In this document: piece after piece, positions 50,641 through 64,000 of the stretch | How the letters are laid out: each line of letters opens with the position of its first letter | Numbering within the stretch: position 1 is the first letter of the stretch | Source: Eledone cirrhosa | Lineage: Eukaryota | Assembly: GCA_964016885.1 (NCBI GenBank) | Contig: OZ024747.1 | Coordinates: 77,624,001 to 77,688,000, forward strand | Direction: 5' to 3' | DNA length: 64,000 nucleotides | Program-made: the position numbers and the translations under genes | Notes under the pieces: model-generated | The model's input: only the letters and a program-made list of their open reading frames with translations | Databases searched by the model: none | Told to the model about the DNA's origin: nothing

Positions 50641-51839
50641 ACTACTACTGTTATTGTTTCAGTATTGCCATAGAGCCAAGAAATCATTTGTTAATAAATG
50701 ACATATACAAGAACCAGTTGTTGTCTTGCTGTCCACGGCAAACCTCACTGAGCAGATATTTCATACATGACCATACTACCATTTTCTATCTCCAAGACTA
50801 TTTGCCTGTCAAGTCCTTCTTTGAAGGGAAATCGAAAGATAGGACAGGCACCAGTGGGCAACCAACTCCACTCTGATAGCAGGGAGTAGCGATGTGGTCC
50901 AGGGGCCATTAACACCAGAAGTCTCCACCACAAACCTATCAGAGAGCAGCTAATATTGCCCTCTTCAGCCTGGTGGGCAGCAGAGCCTAGGCTGGTAGCT
51001 GAATGCACCAGCTTGTTTTACTAGTGACACAAAAATAATAAAAATATTAAATTAAGTCAGAAAATTGTTAAAGTTGAGATTTTATTTCATTTTCTATTCT
51101 TAATTAATAGTCTGTAGTTTCCAGATGAAAAGGTAATAAAATAGAGATAGTTTTTTGATATAAACAGTGGTGTGTAATGTAGTGTATATTGATGAGAATT
51201 ATCTAGTGACCATGAATATGTTATAAAGAGAGGGCGAGGGAGTGAAAGTTATTTTAAGAGAGATCAATTATATAGCAACCAAAGAGAAATTGCTGGAAAA
51301 GTTGTGAAACCACACACAACACACACATATACACCACATACACACACACACCAGACACACCACATACCACACACCACACTACACACCACACCACACCACA
51401 CCACTACACACCACACCACACCACACCACTACACCACACACCACACTATATCACACACTATACAACAAAAGAAAGTTCTACTATGTAGAGAGACTAATCA
51501 GTAATTTGATGAAAACTGGATTCCTTCTTCTTGTCGTTGCTGTTGTTTTGTTTTTGTTTGTCCGATTTTTTTAAAATTCATTTCTTTATTTTCATTCTTA
51601 TTATTTGTTGTTGTTTTCAAATTATTTCAAGTGGAAAACAATAGCATTTGTTTCGGTTAGAGGAGTAAAACTGGTGTTGGTAGGAATGTGTAGGGCTGTA
51701 CTGGACACCAGATGTCACATAGATGACCAAAGAAGGTAGTGGTGGTGGTGGTGGTAGCAGTGGTGGTAGCAGTGGTGGTAGTAGTGGTGGTAGTAGTAGT
51801 GGTGGTGGTGGTAGTGGTAGTAATAGCAGTAGCAGTATA

Positions 51840-52570
51840 ATGGTTTCTGTTTTAGGCACAAGGCCAACAATTTTTTGGGCAAAGGCAACCTCGGCGAGAT
51901 TTGAACTCAGAACGTAAAGGGACATAACTATAAGAATATTGTCCAATGCTCTATCGACAGTGCCAATCCAGTTTCTGATTTAAGCACAACGTCAGTAATT
52001 TGGGAGTGTAGAGGAAGCTGAATATAACAACCCCAGTGTATTACAGGTACTTTATTTTATTGACCCTGTAAGGATGAAAGGCAAAGAGCCAGAACAAATA
52101 TTGCTAAGTATTTGTCCAATGCTCTAACGATACTGCTAATCTTTCTACTTTTGGCACAAGGCCAGCAATTATCCCAGTGTATTACTGGTACTTTATTTTA
52201 TCGACCCCATAAGGATGAAAGGCAAAGTTAACCTCAGTCGGATTTGAACTCAGACCATAAAGAGCCTTATAATAATAATAATAATGTTTCTACTTTTGGC
52301 ACAAGGCCAGCTATTGCCCCAGGGTATTACTGGTACTTTATTTTATCGACCCCGTAAGGATGAAAGGCAAAGTTAACCTCGGTGGGATTTGAACTCAGAT
52401 CGTAAATAATAATAATAATGGTTTCTTATATAAGCACAAGGCCAGCAATTTTGGGGGAGGGGAAAATCGACTAAATCAACACCAATGCGTGACTGGTACT
52501 TTATTTTATCGACCCCGTAGGAAAGAAAGGCAAAGTTAACCTCGGTGGGATTTGAACTCAGAACGTAAAT
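51840..52570 (-). mobile_element. Second head-to-tail cluster (~5 copies) of the same SINE family
   Basis: Same motifs as 990-3410. Confidence 0.9.
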
Positions 52571-53206
52571 AATAATAATAACAACAGAAAGAAAACAAAG
52601 AAATTGGGTTAACTATGGCAGAAATGAACTTAGGTTTAACGAGCAACTTAACATAATTAATGAATGATAGGAGAGGGAGGGAAATAAGCAGCAGAGTGAC
52701 AGTAAAACAGTATTTAGGTTTACTTCTACAATTGAACTATAAACTGTACGAACCAATGAGGAAGCCTATAGACGGTCACTCGACCTGCTAGAAATAACAG
52801 CCAAATGACAACCTGCCATCTTTAAAAGAAGAGAAAAATTGAACAATGTAATCCTAAATACTAAATTACGTGCAGGGGGAGACAATATGGTCACTGATGG
52901 AACTTCTTGGATCACAGATCGGGTAATGACATTTTTTCATGTCCATATATACAAACACACATATAAGGTAGTTGATTAAGATGTACAATAGAATGCTGAA
53001 CAGTATTTATTTCAGCACTCTAGAGTTCAAATCCCAATAAGGTGAACTTTTAGATACCAATCCAATACTGGGGTGGATTCTTTTCTTCTTTCTTTTGAAG
53101 AAATTGGATGTGGTCAAACCTAGAGAGATGGACATTGCTATCCTTAAAATGCCCAAGACATCATATGGTAGTGCCCCAATGATTCCATGAGTTATGGAGT
53201 CAGTGA

Positions 53207-53305
<99 letters not shown>

Positions 53306-55118
53306 CTCTCTATAATCAGCTCCTGATTATTACTAGAATTCTATAAGAATCAAGCTTCTATCATTTTCGGCGGAAGCAGGGGATTGCGTGGTTCTGGTGA
53401 ACACCAACCATCGTGAAACAGACTGTCAGCCTCTCTCCCTTCTTTCGACGAAAATAAGTAAGTGACATAGTCAGTACTTTAAAACTGATAGCATATGGTC
53501 TTCTAATTGTTTTTAATTAAACATACGGTATATTGGCAAATATACTATACATACATTATTTCCAGGTACCTTATGAATTTGACTTTCCGTATTTATTACT
53601 GTTGTGAAATGTTGTGGTTTTTTGGGGTTGTAACTTCTGTTTTTTAGCCAAAGAAAATATATATATGCCTATGTATATAATTACATGCATACATTTATTT
53701 TCTTTAATTAATTGAGTTCTTTACACGAGGAATTGATATTAGTTTTGAAATGACTAATTAACCCGCGTGTGTTTTATATTTTACTCTTAATTCGGCCGGA
53801 GATTTACATTCCCATTTGCCCTTTAAAGCATAACTTTCTGTATTTACTGCGGTTATGAGATGCGGTTCTTATTCGGGTACAACTTCTGATTTTAGCCTAA
53901 GAAAATATCTATATGCGTGTGTAATTTATACATGCATATATTTATTTTTTTTATTTTCAATTGAGTTCTTAACACGTTGGATTGATAATGTTTTTGAAAA
54001 AACTAATTAACCCGCGTGTATATTATTATTTTTTTCCTCCTTTCGTGGATCGTAGTTGTCTCCCCTTCCCGCTTCGTGTCGCTATGATACTTCCTCAGTC
54101 AAGAACTGCTGGAATTTCAAATTTGGCGGTCATTTGATGCGAGAAGGAGCAACTTAACAGACACGATTTTTGACTGCGGTAAGAATTTCTTTCTTATATC
54201 AAAGTTTAATGGGCTTCCACTGATGATTTATAAGCGCCCACCTAAATATATTCTTATATGAATATATATTAGGCTTCTACATAAACTGGAAATATTCTCC
54301 CAACTTGTAGAAAACTTATAATGAAACAATTGTTTGGAAAGAGAGATGTATTTTAACTTTAATTATATCTCATAAAATAATACAACTGGTTTTTCCACAT
54401 TATACATATTGTTAGCACTCCAAACACTTAAATTGAGTTTATATTTAAATATAACCTAATGTTTGTTGAGTGAGATGGATACCAGTCAGAGTTTAGCTTT
54501 AAACTATCTCTGTTATTGTATTAAATATATATATATATATATTTATATATATAACAAAGGAAGAAGCTTTTATTTTTTCAACTCTGTTGAAAAAAATAAA
54601 AGCCTCTTCTTCCTTTATTATAAATACTCCATTGGATACCATTTAGGGAACCACGACATGGAGTGCTTAAGCTGGAACACACCATAGATTGTTGACCTAA
54701 AAACGACGAACTTACTATATGGATATAGGAAAAGGGTGAAAGCAGCGATTCTTTGCTTAAACTTTAATCTGTACTAATAATAAATATTTGCTCTACAGGT
54801 TTTACATAAATATATATATATATATATATATACATACATTTGTTATCGAGCTCTCTTCAGATCTCGGTCTTCCTAATTATTATAACTATATATATATATA
54901 TATATATATATTATGAAAGTCACTGAATTTATTTTAGTGACCACCGGCCATAGCAGACACTGTGAATGAGATAACAGTTGATTGGCTGCTTGTTACATTA
55001 CAGAGCGGACACAATTAGTTAGTAAGTTTTATGGCAGTGTTCAGGCATTGGTTACACTGATTGATTTCCTGGACAGAATTCCGTTTCATTCTAATCTTCT
55101 GCCTCCAGTGTGTATGTG

Positions 55119-55184
<66 letters not shown>

Positions 55185-55289
55185 CGTGAGAAGTAATGAC
55201 ATTAGGGATACAAAAGTGTGGAGACGGGAGCTACATACATTCATGTCCATACATGAATTTTTTTGACATGCTCACTGGATATGTCAGTC

Positions 55290-55985
55290 ACTGTCAAGCA
55301 GCAAGTATGTGAGATGCTGTGTTACTGCATTTTTATTTTGCCTGATACTGCCAACAATGATCATGAGTTCCTGAATGCTGTTATAAATGGAGATGAGACA
55401 TGGGTGTACAAGTACAACCTGAAAACCAAAGTTTAGTCATCAGAATGAAAACATCCAATGTCACCAACGCTCAAAAAAGCATGACAGGTGCAAAGCAATG
55501 TCAAGGTGATGCTGACTGTTTTCCTCAACTACCAAGGCATTGTACATCCTGAATACGCACCACAGAGAGACAAAGTTGCAAAGGACAACTATCAGGAAGT
55601 CCTCTCATGTCTTTGTGATGCAGTTAGGCCTTACATAACTAGTTGCATCATGACAATACCCTGACTCATTTATCACAAGCTGATCTAAGGTTTCGCTCAT
55701 TGCCCACCCATCACCCCTATTTTCCAAGAATGGCTCCTTCTGACATCTGGCTGTTCCCAGAATAAAGATGCTACTGAAAGATTCCTACTTTGAGAGCTGA
55801 AAGGGCATTTTACAGACTACAACAGTGGAGGGGAGAACCACGCTAGAAGAATCATTCCTGGTATGCTTAAACAATGGACTAAATGTGACACAAGGGGCCT
55901 CTGTCGCCCAACAATTGAACTCAATGAAGTATATAATTATATTCCCAGCCTAAGGTCGGATACTTTTTTCAACAGACTTCTAATA
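55290..55985 (+). pseudogene. Mariner transposase relic (DD34D-type) with right TIR
   Basis: FLNAVINGDETWVY.Y...TK..SSE*KHP.SP..KKA..V.SNVKVMLTVF....GIVH.EY.P, then LHHDN, with stops. Ends ggtcggatacttttttcaacagacttcta. Confidence 0.88.
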
Positions 55986-56389
55986 TAACCTAGTCCTACA
56001 TATACCCACTAATCTTGAAAATCCCCCTCCACACATCACTCTTCTCTTCAAGGCCACCTCTATGATCCAACACTCTCTTCCCATCCCACACTGCCACTTT
56101 CACCATGTTACCCTCTCACCCTCCACCCCCCACTCACTACTAGGTTGAAGACAAGTCACCCTAGTGTTGTTATCATAATACAGTGTACCCAGCATATTTT
56201 TATTAGATACACTAATTATGTATGATACCCAATAAACAGAACAAAAAACTTCAATTCTGAAGGCTTTAATTCTGTGTTGACATTCTTTGTGATAAAATGA
56301 TACACCATTGAAAAATTCTTAATGACAGATATTTTGAGAATATTTGCTCTTAGGCAGATCAGTTAATGATACTATATACTAAAAGGCAA

Positions 56390-56720
56390 ATTGGCAGAGT
56401 TGTTAGAGTGTCAGATAGAATGTTTAGCAGTATTCATGTCAACTCTCTGCTCTCTGAGTTCAAATACCGTCATGGTCAACTTTGCCTTTCATCCATTCAA
56501 GGTCAATGAAAAAAAAAAAGAAAAAGTGCCAGTCAAATACTGAGGTCGATTGTTCCTCTATATCTCTTTCTCACTTCCATTCTCTCACTCTATCCTTCTC
56601 TGGAAGAAATCAGTGGTGTTCAGACCTGGAGAGATTTGGGTTCCAACAGGTATTAAAATGCCCTAGAAATGTCATAGGTCAATATGGCACCACTACAACC
56701 ACCTCAAGAGTTACGGTGGA
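56390..56720 (+). mobile_element. SINE variant with alternative 3' module (copies also at 43380-43712 + and 22710-22990 -)
   Basis: SINE head followed by ctctatatctct...ttctctggaagaaat...ttcagacct...caggt.ttaaaa.tgccctagaaatg in all three copies. Confidence 0.75.
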
Positions 56721-56845
56721 GGGGGGTATATATACAAAATGGGTAATGCACACATAACAAAACTCTACTTTTTTTCTGTAAAGAAATGAGAATTTGTATT
56801 TTGACAAATGTTTTCTGTTTTGTTTTCAGCAGATTCAATAATAAA

Positions 56846-59800
56846 AGATTAATGGTATGTAGACTGGTTGGAAGATTAATGGTATGTAGACTGGTTGGAA
56901 GATTAATGGTATGTAGACTGGTTGGAAGATTAATGGTATGTAGACTGGTTGGAAGATTAATGGTATGTAGACTGGTTGGAAGATTAATGGTATGTAGACT
57001 GGTTGAAAGATTAATGGTATGTAGACCAGTTGGAAGATTAATGGTATGTACACTGGTTGGAAGATTAATGGTATGTAGACTGGTTGGAAGATTAATGGTA
57101 TGTAGACTGGTTGGAAGATTAATGGTATGTAGACCGGTTGGAAGATTAATGGTATGTAGACCGGTTGGAAGATTAATGGTATGTAGACTGGTTGGAAGAT
57201 TAATGGTATGTAGACCGGTTGGAAGATTAATGGTATGTAGACTGGTTGGAAGATTAATGGTATGTAGACCAGTTGGAAGATTAATGGTATGTAGACTGGT
57301 TGGAAGATTAATGGTATGTAGACCGGTTGGAAGATTAATGGTATGTAGACCGGTTGGAAGATTAATGGTATGTAGACCGGTTGGAAGATTAATGGTATGT
57401 AGACCGGTTGGAAGATTAATGGTATGTAGACTGGTTGGAAGATTAATGGTATGTAGACTGGTTGGAAGATTAATGGTATGTAGACCGGTTGGAAGATTAA
57501 TGGTATGTAGACCGGTTGGAAGATTAATGGTATGTAGACCGGTTGGAAGATTAATGGTATGTAGACCGGTTGGAAGATTAATGGTATGTAGACCGGTTGG
57601 AAGATTAATGGTATGTAGACTGGTTGGAAGATTAATGGTATGTAGACCGGTTGGAAGATTAATGGTATGTAGACCGGTTGGAAGATTAATGGTATGTAGA
57701 CTGGTTGGAAGATTAATGGTATGTAGACTGGTTGGAAGATTAATGGTATGTAGACCAGTTGGAAGATTAATGGTATGTAGACCGGTTGGAAGATTAATGG
57801 TATGTAGACCGGTTGGAAGATTAATGGTATGTAGACCGGTTGGAAGATTAATGGTATGTAGACCAGTTGGAAGATTAATGGTATGTAGACTGGTTGGAAG
57901 ATTAATGGTATGTAGACCGGTTGGAAGATTAATGGTATGTAGACCGGTTGGAAGATTAATGGTATGTAGACTGGTTGGAAGATTAATGGTATGTAGACTG
58001 GTTGGAAGATTAATGGTATGTAGACCAGTTGGAAGATTAATGGTATGTAGACCGGTTGGAAGATTAATGGTATGTAGACCGGTTGGAAGATTAATGGTAT
58101 GTAGACCGGTTGGAAGATTAATGGTATGTAGACCGGTTGGAAGATTAATGGTATGTAGACTGGTTGGAAGATTAATGGTATGTAGACCGGTTGGAAGATT
58201 AATGGTATGTAGACTGGTTGGAAGATTAATGGTATGTAGACCAGTTGGAAGATTAATGGTATGTACACCAGTTGGAAGATTAATGGTATGTAGACCAGTT
58301 GGAAGATTAATGGTATGTAGACCGGTTGGAAGATTAATGGTATGTAGACTGGTTGGAAGATTAATGGTATGTAGACTGGTTGGAAGATTAATGGTATGTA
58401 GACCGGTTGGAAGATTAATGGTATGTAGACTGGTTGGAAGATTAATGGTATGTAGACTGGTTGGAAGATTAATGGTATGTAGACTGGTTAAGATTAATGG
58501 TATGTACACCAGTTGGAAGATTAATGGTATGTACACCAGTTGGAAGATTAATGGTATGTAGACTGGTTGGAAGATTAATGGTATGTAGACCAGTTGGAAG
58601 ATTAATGGTATGTAGACCGGTTGGAAGATTAATGGTATGTAGACTGGTTGGAAGATTAATGGTATGTAGACTGGTTGGAAGATTAATGGTATGTAGACTG
58701 GTTGGAAGATTAATGGTATGTAGACCGGTTGGAAGATTAATGGTATGTAGACTGGTTAAGATTAATGGTATGTACACCAGTTGGAAGATTAATGGTATGT
58801 AGACTGGTTGGAAGATTAATGGTATGTAGACTGGTTGGAAGATTAATGGTATGTAGACTGGTTGGAAGATTAATGGTATGTAGACTGGTTGGAAGATTAA
58901 TGGTATGTAGACTGGTTGGAAGATTAATGGTATGTAGACTGGTTGGAAGATTAATGGTATGTAGACTGGTTGGAAGATTAATGGTATGTAGACTGGTTGG
59001 AAGATTAATGGTATGTAGACTGGTTGGAAGATTAATGGTATGTACACTGGTTGGAAGATTAATGGTATGTAGACCGGTTGGAAGATTAATGGTATGTAGA
59101 CTGGTTGGAAGATTAATGGAATGTAGACTGGTTGGAAGATTAATGGTATGTAGACTGGTTGGAAGATTAATGGTATGTAGACTGGTTGGAAGATTAATGG
59201 TATGTAGACTGGTTGGAAGATTAATGGTATGTAGACTGGTTGGAAGATTAATGGTATGTAGACTGGTTGAAAGATTAATGGTATGTAGACTGGTTGGAAG
59301 ATTAATGGTATGTAGACTGGTTGGAAGATTAATGGTATGTAGACTGGTTGGAAGATTAATGGTATGTACACCGGTTGGAAGATTAATGGTATGTAGACCG
59401 GTTGGAAGATTAATGGTATGTAGACCAGTTGGAAGATTAATGGTATGTAGACCGGTTGGAAGATTAATGGTATGTAGACCGGTTGAAAGATTAATGGTAT
59501 GTAGACTGGTTGGAAGATTAATGGTATGTAGACCGGTTGAAAGATTAATGGTATGTAGACCGGTTGGAAGATTAATGGTATGTACACCAGTTGGAAGATT
59601 AATGGTATGTACACCAGTTGGAAGATTAATGGTATGTAGACTGGTTGGAAGATTAATGGTATGTAGACTGGTTGGAAGATTAATGGTATGTAGACCAGTT
59701 AGAAGATTAATGGTATGTACACCAGTTGGAAGATTAATGGTATGTAGACTGTTTGGAAGATTAATGGTATGTAGACCAGTTGGAAGATTAATGGTATGTA

Positions 59801-62800
59801 GACCGGTTGGAAGATTAATGGTATGTAGACTGGTTGGAAGATTAATGGTATGTAGACTGGTTGGAAGATTAATGGTATGTAGACCAGTTGGAAGATTAAT
59901 GGTATGTAGACCAGTTGGAAGATTAATGGTATGTAGACCAGTTGGAAGCTTAATGGTATGTAGACCAGTTGGAAGATTAATGGTATGTAGACCAGTTGGA
60001 AGATTAATGGTATGTAGACCAGTTGGAAGATTAATGGTATGTAGACCAGTTGGAAGATTAATGGTATGTAGACCAGTTGGAAGATTAATGGTATGTAGAC
60101 CAGTTGGAAGATTAATGGTATGTAGACCGGTTGGAAGATTAATGGTATGTAGACTGGTTGGAAGATTAATGGTATGTAGACTGGTTGGAAGATTAATGGT
60201 ATGTAGACCAGTTGGAAGATTAATGGTATGTAGACCGGTTGGAAGATTAATGGTATGTAGACTGGTTGGAAGATTAATGGTATGTAGACTGGTTGGAAGA
60301 TTAATGGTATGTAGACTGGTTGGAAGATTAATGGTATGTAGACCGGTTGGAAGATTAATGGTATGTAGACTGGTTAAGATTAATGGTATGTACACCAGTT
60401 GGAAGATTAATGGTATGTAGACTGGTTGGAAGATTAATGGTATGTAGACTGGTTGGAAGATTAATGGTATGTAGACTGGTTGGAAGATTAATGGTATGTA
60501 GACTGGTTGGAAGATTAATGGTATGTAGACTGGTTGGAAGATTAATGGTATGTAGACCGGTTGGAAGATTAATGGTATGTAGACTGGTTGGAAGATTAAT
60601 GGTATGTAGACTGGTTGGAAGATTAATGGTATGTAGACTGGTTGGAAGATTAATGGTATGTAGACTGGTTGGAAGATTAATGGTATGTAGACTGGTTGGA
60701 AGATTAATGGTATGTAGACTGGTTGGAAGATTAATGGTATGTAGACTGGTTGGAAGATTAATGGTATGTAGACTGGTTGGAAGATTAATGGTATGTAGAC
60801 TGGTTGGAAGATTAATGGTATGTAGACTGGTTGAAAGATTAATGGTATGTAGACTGGTTGAAAGATTAATGGTATGTAGACTGGTTGGAAGATTAATGGT
60901 ATGTAGACTGGTTGGAAGATTAATGGTATGTAGACTGGTTGGAAGATTAATGGTATGTAGACTGGTTGGAAGATTAATGGTATGTAGACTGGTTGGAAGA
61001 TTAATGGTATGTAGACTGGTTGGAAGATTAATGGTATGTAGACTGGTTGGAAGATTAATGGTATGTAGACTGGTTGGAAGATTAATGGTATGTACACCAG
61101 TTGGAAGATTAATGGTATGTAGACTGGTTGGAAGATTAATGGTATGTAGACTGGTTGGAAGATTAATGGTATGTAGACTGGTTGGAAGATTAATGGTATG
61201 TAGACTGGTTGGAAGATTAATGGTATGTAGACTGGTTGGAAGATTAATGGTATGTAGACTGGTTGGAAGATTAATGGTATGTAGACTGATTGAAAGATTA
61301 ATGGTATGTAGACTGGTTGGAAGATTAATGGTATGTAGACTGGTTGGAAGATTAATGGTATGTAGACTGGTTGGAAGATTAATGGTATGTAGACTGGTTG
61401 GAAGATTAATGGTATGTAGACTGGTTGGAAGATTAATGGTATGTAGACTGGTTGGAAGATTAATGGTATGTAGACTGGTTGGAAGATTAATGGTATGTAG
61501 ACTGGTTGGAAGATTAATGGTATGTAGACTGGTTGGAAGATTAATGGTATGTAGACTGATTGAAAGATTAATGGTATGTAGACTGGTTGGAAGATTAATG
61601 GTATGTAGACTGGTTGGAAGATTAATGGTATGTAGACTGGTTGGAAGATTAATGGTATGTAGACTGGTTGAAAGATTAATGGTATGTAGACTGGTTGGAA
61701 GATTAATGGTATGTAGACTGGTTGGAAGATTAATGGTATGTAGACTGGTTGGAAGATTAATGGTATGTAGACTGGTTGGAAGATTAATGGTATGTAGACT
61801 GGTTGGAAGATTAATGGTATGTAGACTGGTTGGAAGATTAATGGTATGTAGACTGGTTGGAAGATTAATGGTATGTAGACTGGTTGGAAGATTAATGGTA
61901 TGTAGACTGGTTGGAAGATTAATGGTATGTAGACTGATTGAAAGATTAATGGTATGTAGACTGGTTGGAAGATTAATGGTATGTAGACTGGTTGGAAGAT
62001 TAATGGTATGTAGACTGGTTGGAAGATTAATGGTATGTAGACTGGTTGAAAGATTAATGGTATGTAGACTGGTTGGAAGATTAATGGTATGTAGACTGGT
62101 TGGAAGATTAATGGTATGTAGACTGGTTGGAAGATTAATGGTATGTACACCAGTTGGAAGATTAATGGTATGTAGACTGGTTGAAAGATTAATGGTATGT
62201 AGACTGGTTGGAAGATTAATGGTATGTAGACTGGTTGGAAGATTAATGGTATATAGACTGGTTGGAAGATTAATGGTATGTAGACTGGTTGGAAGATTAA
62301 TGGTATGTAGACTGGTTGGAAGATTAATGGTATGTAGACTGGTTGGAAGATTAATGGTATGTAGACTGGTTGGAAGATTAATGGTATGTAGACTGGTTGG
62401 AAGATTAATGGCATGTAGACCGGTTGGAAGATTAATGGTATGTAGACCGGTTGGAAGATTAATGGTATGTAGACCGGTTGGAAGATTAATGGTATGTAGA
62501 CCGGTTGGAAGATTAATGGTATGTAGACCGGTTGGAAGATTAATGGTATGTAGACCGGTTGGAAGATTAATGGTATGTAGACCAGTTGGAAGATTAATGG
62601 TATGTACACCAGTTGGAAGATTAATGGTATGTACACCAGTTGGAAGATTAATGGTATGTACACCAGTTGGAAGATTAATGGTATGTAGACTGGTTGGAAG
62701 ATTAATGGTATGTAGACCGGTTGGAAGATTAATGGTATGTAGACCGGTTGGAAGATTAATGGTATGTAGACTGGTTGGAAGATTAATGGTATGTAGACCG

Positions 62801-64000
62801 GTTGGAAGATTAATGGTATGTAGACCGGTTGGAAGATTAATGGTATGTAGACTGGTTGGAAGATTAATGGTATGTAGACTGGTTGGAAGATTAATGGTAT
62901 GTAGACCGGTTGGAAGATTAATGGTATGTAGACTGGTTGGAAGATTAATGGTATGTAGACTGGTTGGAAGATTAATGGTATGTAGACCGGTTGGAAGATT
63001 AATGGTATGTAGACCGGTTGGAAGATTAATGGTATGTAGACTGGTTGGAAGATTAATGGTATGTAGACCAGTTGGAAGATTAATGGTATGTAGACTGGTT
63101 GGAAGATTAATGGTATGTAGACTGGTTGGAAGATTAATGGTATGTAGACCAGTTGGAAGATTAATGGTATGTAGACCAGTTGGAAGATTAATGGTATGTA
63201 GACCAGTTGGAAGATTAATGGTATGTAGACCAGTTGGAAGATTAATGGTATGTAGACCGGTTGGAAGATTATGGTATGTAGACCGGTTGAAAGATTAATG
63301 GTATGTAGACTGGTTGGAAGATTAATGGTATGTAGACCGGTTGAAAGATTAATGGTATGTAGACCAGTTGGAAGATTAATGGTATGTACACCAGTTGGAA
63401 GATTAATGGTATGTAGACTGGTTGGAAGATTAATGGTATGTAGACTGGTTGGAAGATTAATGGTATGTAGACTGGTTGGAAGATTAATGGTATGTAGACC
63501 GGTTGGAAGATTAATGGTATGTAGACCGGTTGGAAGATTAATGGTATGTAGACTGGTTGGAAGATTAATGGTATGTAGACAAGTTGGAAGATTAATGGTA
63601 TGTACACCAGTTGGAAGATTAATGGTATGTAGACCAGTTGGAAGATTAATGGTATGTAGACCAATTGGAAGATTAATGGTATGTAGACCGGTTGGAAGAT
63701 TATGGTATGTAGACCGGTTGAAAGATTAATGGTATGTAGACTGGTTGGAAGATTAATGGTATGTAGACTGGTTGGAAGATTAATGGTATGTAGACTGGTT
63801 GGAAGATTATGGTATGTAGACCGGTTGAAAGATTAATGGTATGTAGACTGGTTGGAAGATTAATGGTATGTAGACCGGTTGAAAGATTAATGGTATGTAG
63901 ACCAGTTGGAAGATTAATGGTATGTACACCAGTTGGAAGATTAATGGTATGTAGACTGGTTGGAAGATTAATGGTATGTAGACTGGTTGGAAGATTATGG
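56846..64000 (+). repeat. 27-bp minisatellite, >7 kb, runs off the window: gattaatggtatgtagactggttggaa
   Basis: 27-bp period explains the 9-aa repeats in the ORF track. Variants actgg/accgg/accag. Confidence 0.99.

Noticed and set aside
51723-51917. Gly/Ser-rich or Pro/Leu-rich ORFs
   Set aside because: (GGT/AGT)n trinucleotide repeat running into a SINE.
56704-63729. Very long ORFs (up to 1308 aa) with 9-aa repeats
   Set aside because: They are translations of a 27-bp satellite, open on both strands, broken by indel units and lacking any unique domain.
43167-64000. Search for the first PIP4K2 coding exon (..KLFRA..P..SV.MWG.NH)
   Set aside because: Not found by eye on the minus strand. 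It probably lies beyond the window, so no feature was called.

Overview
AT-rich, repeat-dense animal genomic DNA. The SINE/RTE repertoire suggests an octopod cephalopod (inference). One host gene dominates: a minus-strand phosphatidylinositol 5-phosphate 4-kinase type-2 (PIP4K2). Eight coding exons were reconstructed by hand with GT-AG boundaries and consistent phases (43069-43166, 20649-20745, 18614-18763, 15687-15833, 15042-15080, 14208-14321, 13165-13453, 8421-8602 incl. TAA). The first coding exon was not found and probably lies beyond base 64000. The introns hold tRNA-derived SINEs, RTE-clade LINE fragments, mariner/pogo relics, microsatellites and several minisatellites (46-bp ~8 kb, 27-bp >7 kb, 59/60-bp, 60-bp, 37-bp, 30-bp). 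Two features stand out. (1) A young Penelope-like retroelement in the last intron has an RT-C/Cys-linker/GIY-YIG ORF and a 361-bp inverted pseudo-LTR. Each pLTR copy carries a non-canonical minimal hammerhead ribozyme candidate (U3-A8 core, palindromic stem III), and one copy is sense to the host pre-mRNA. (2) An ~8-kb 46-bp satellite appears to be an in-place amplification of the last codons of a dead LINE, with the LINE's flanks still on both sides. The long ORFs in the ORF track over the repeats are artefacts.
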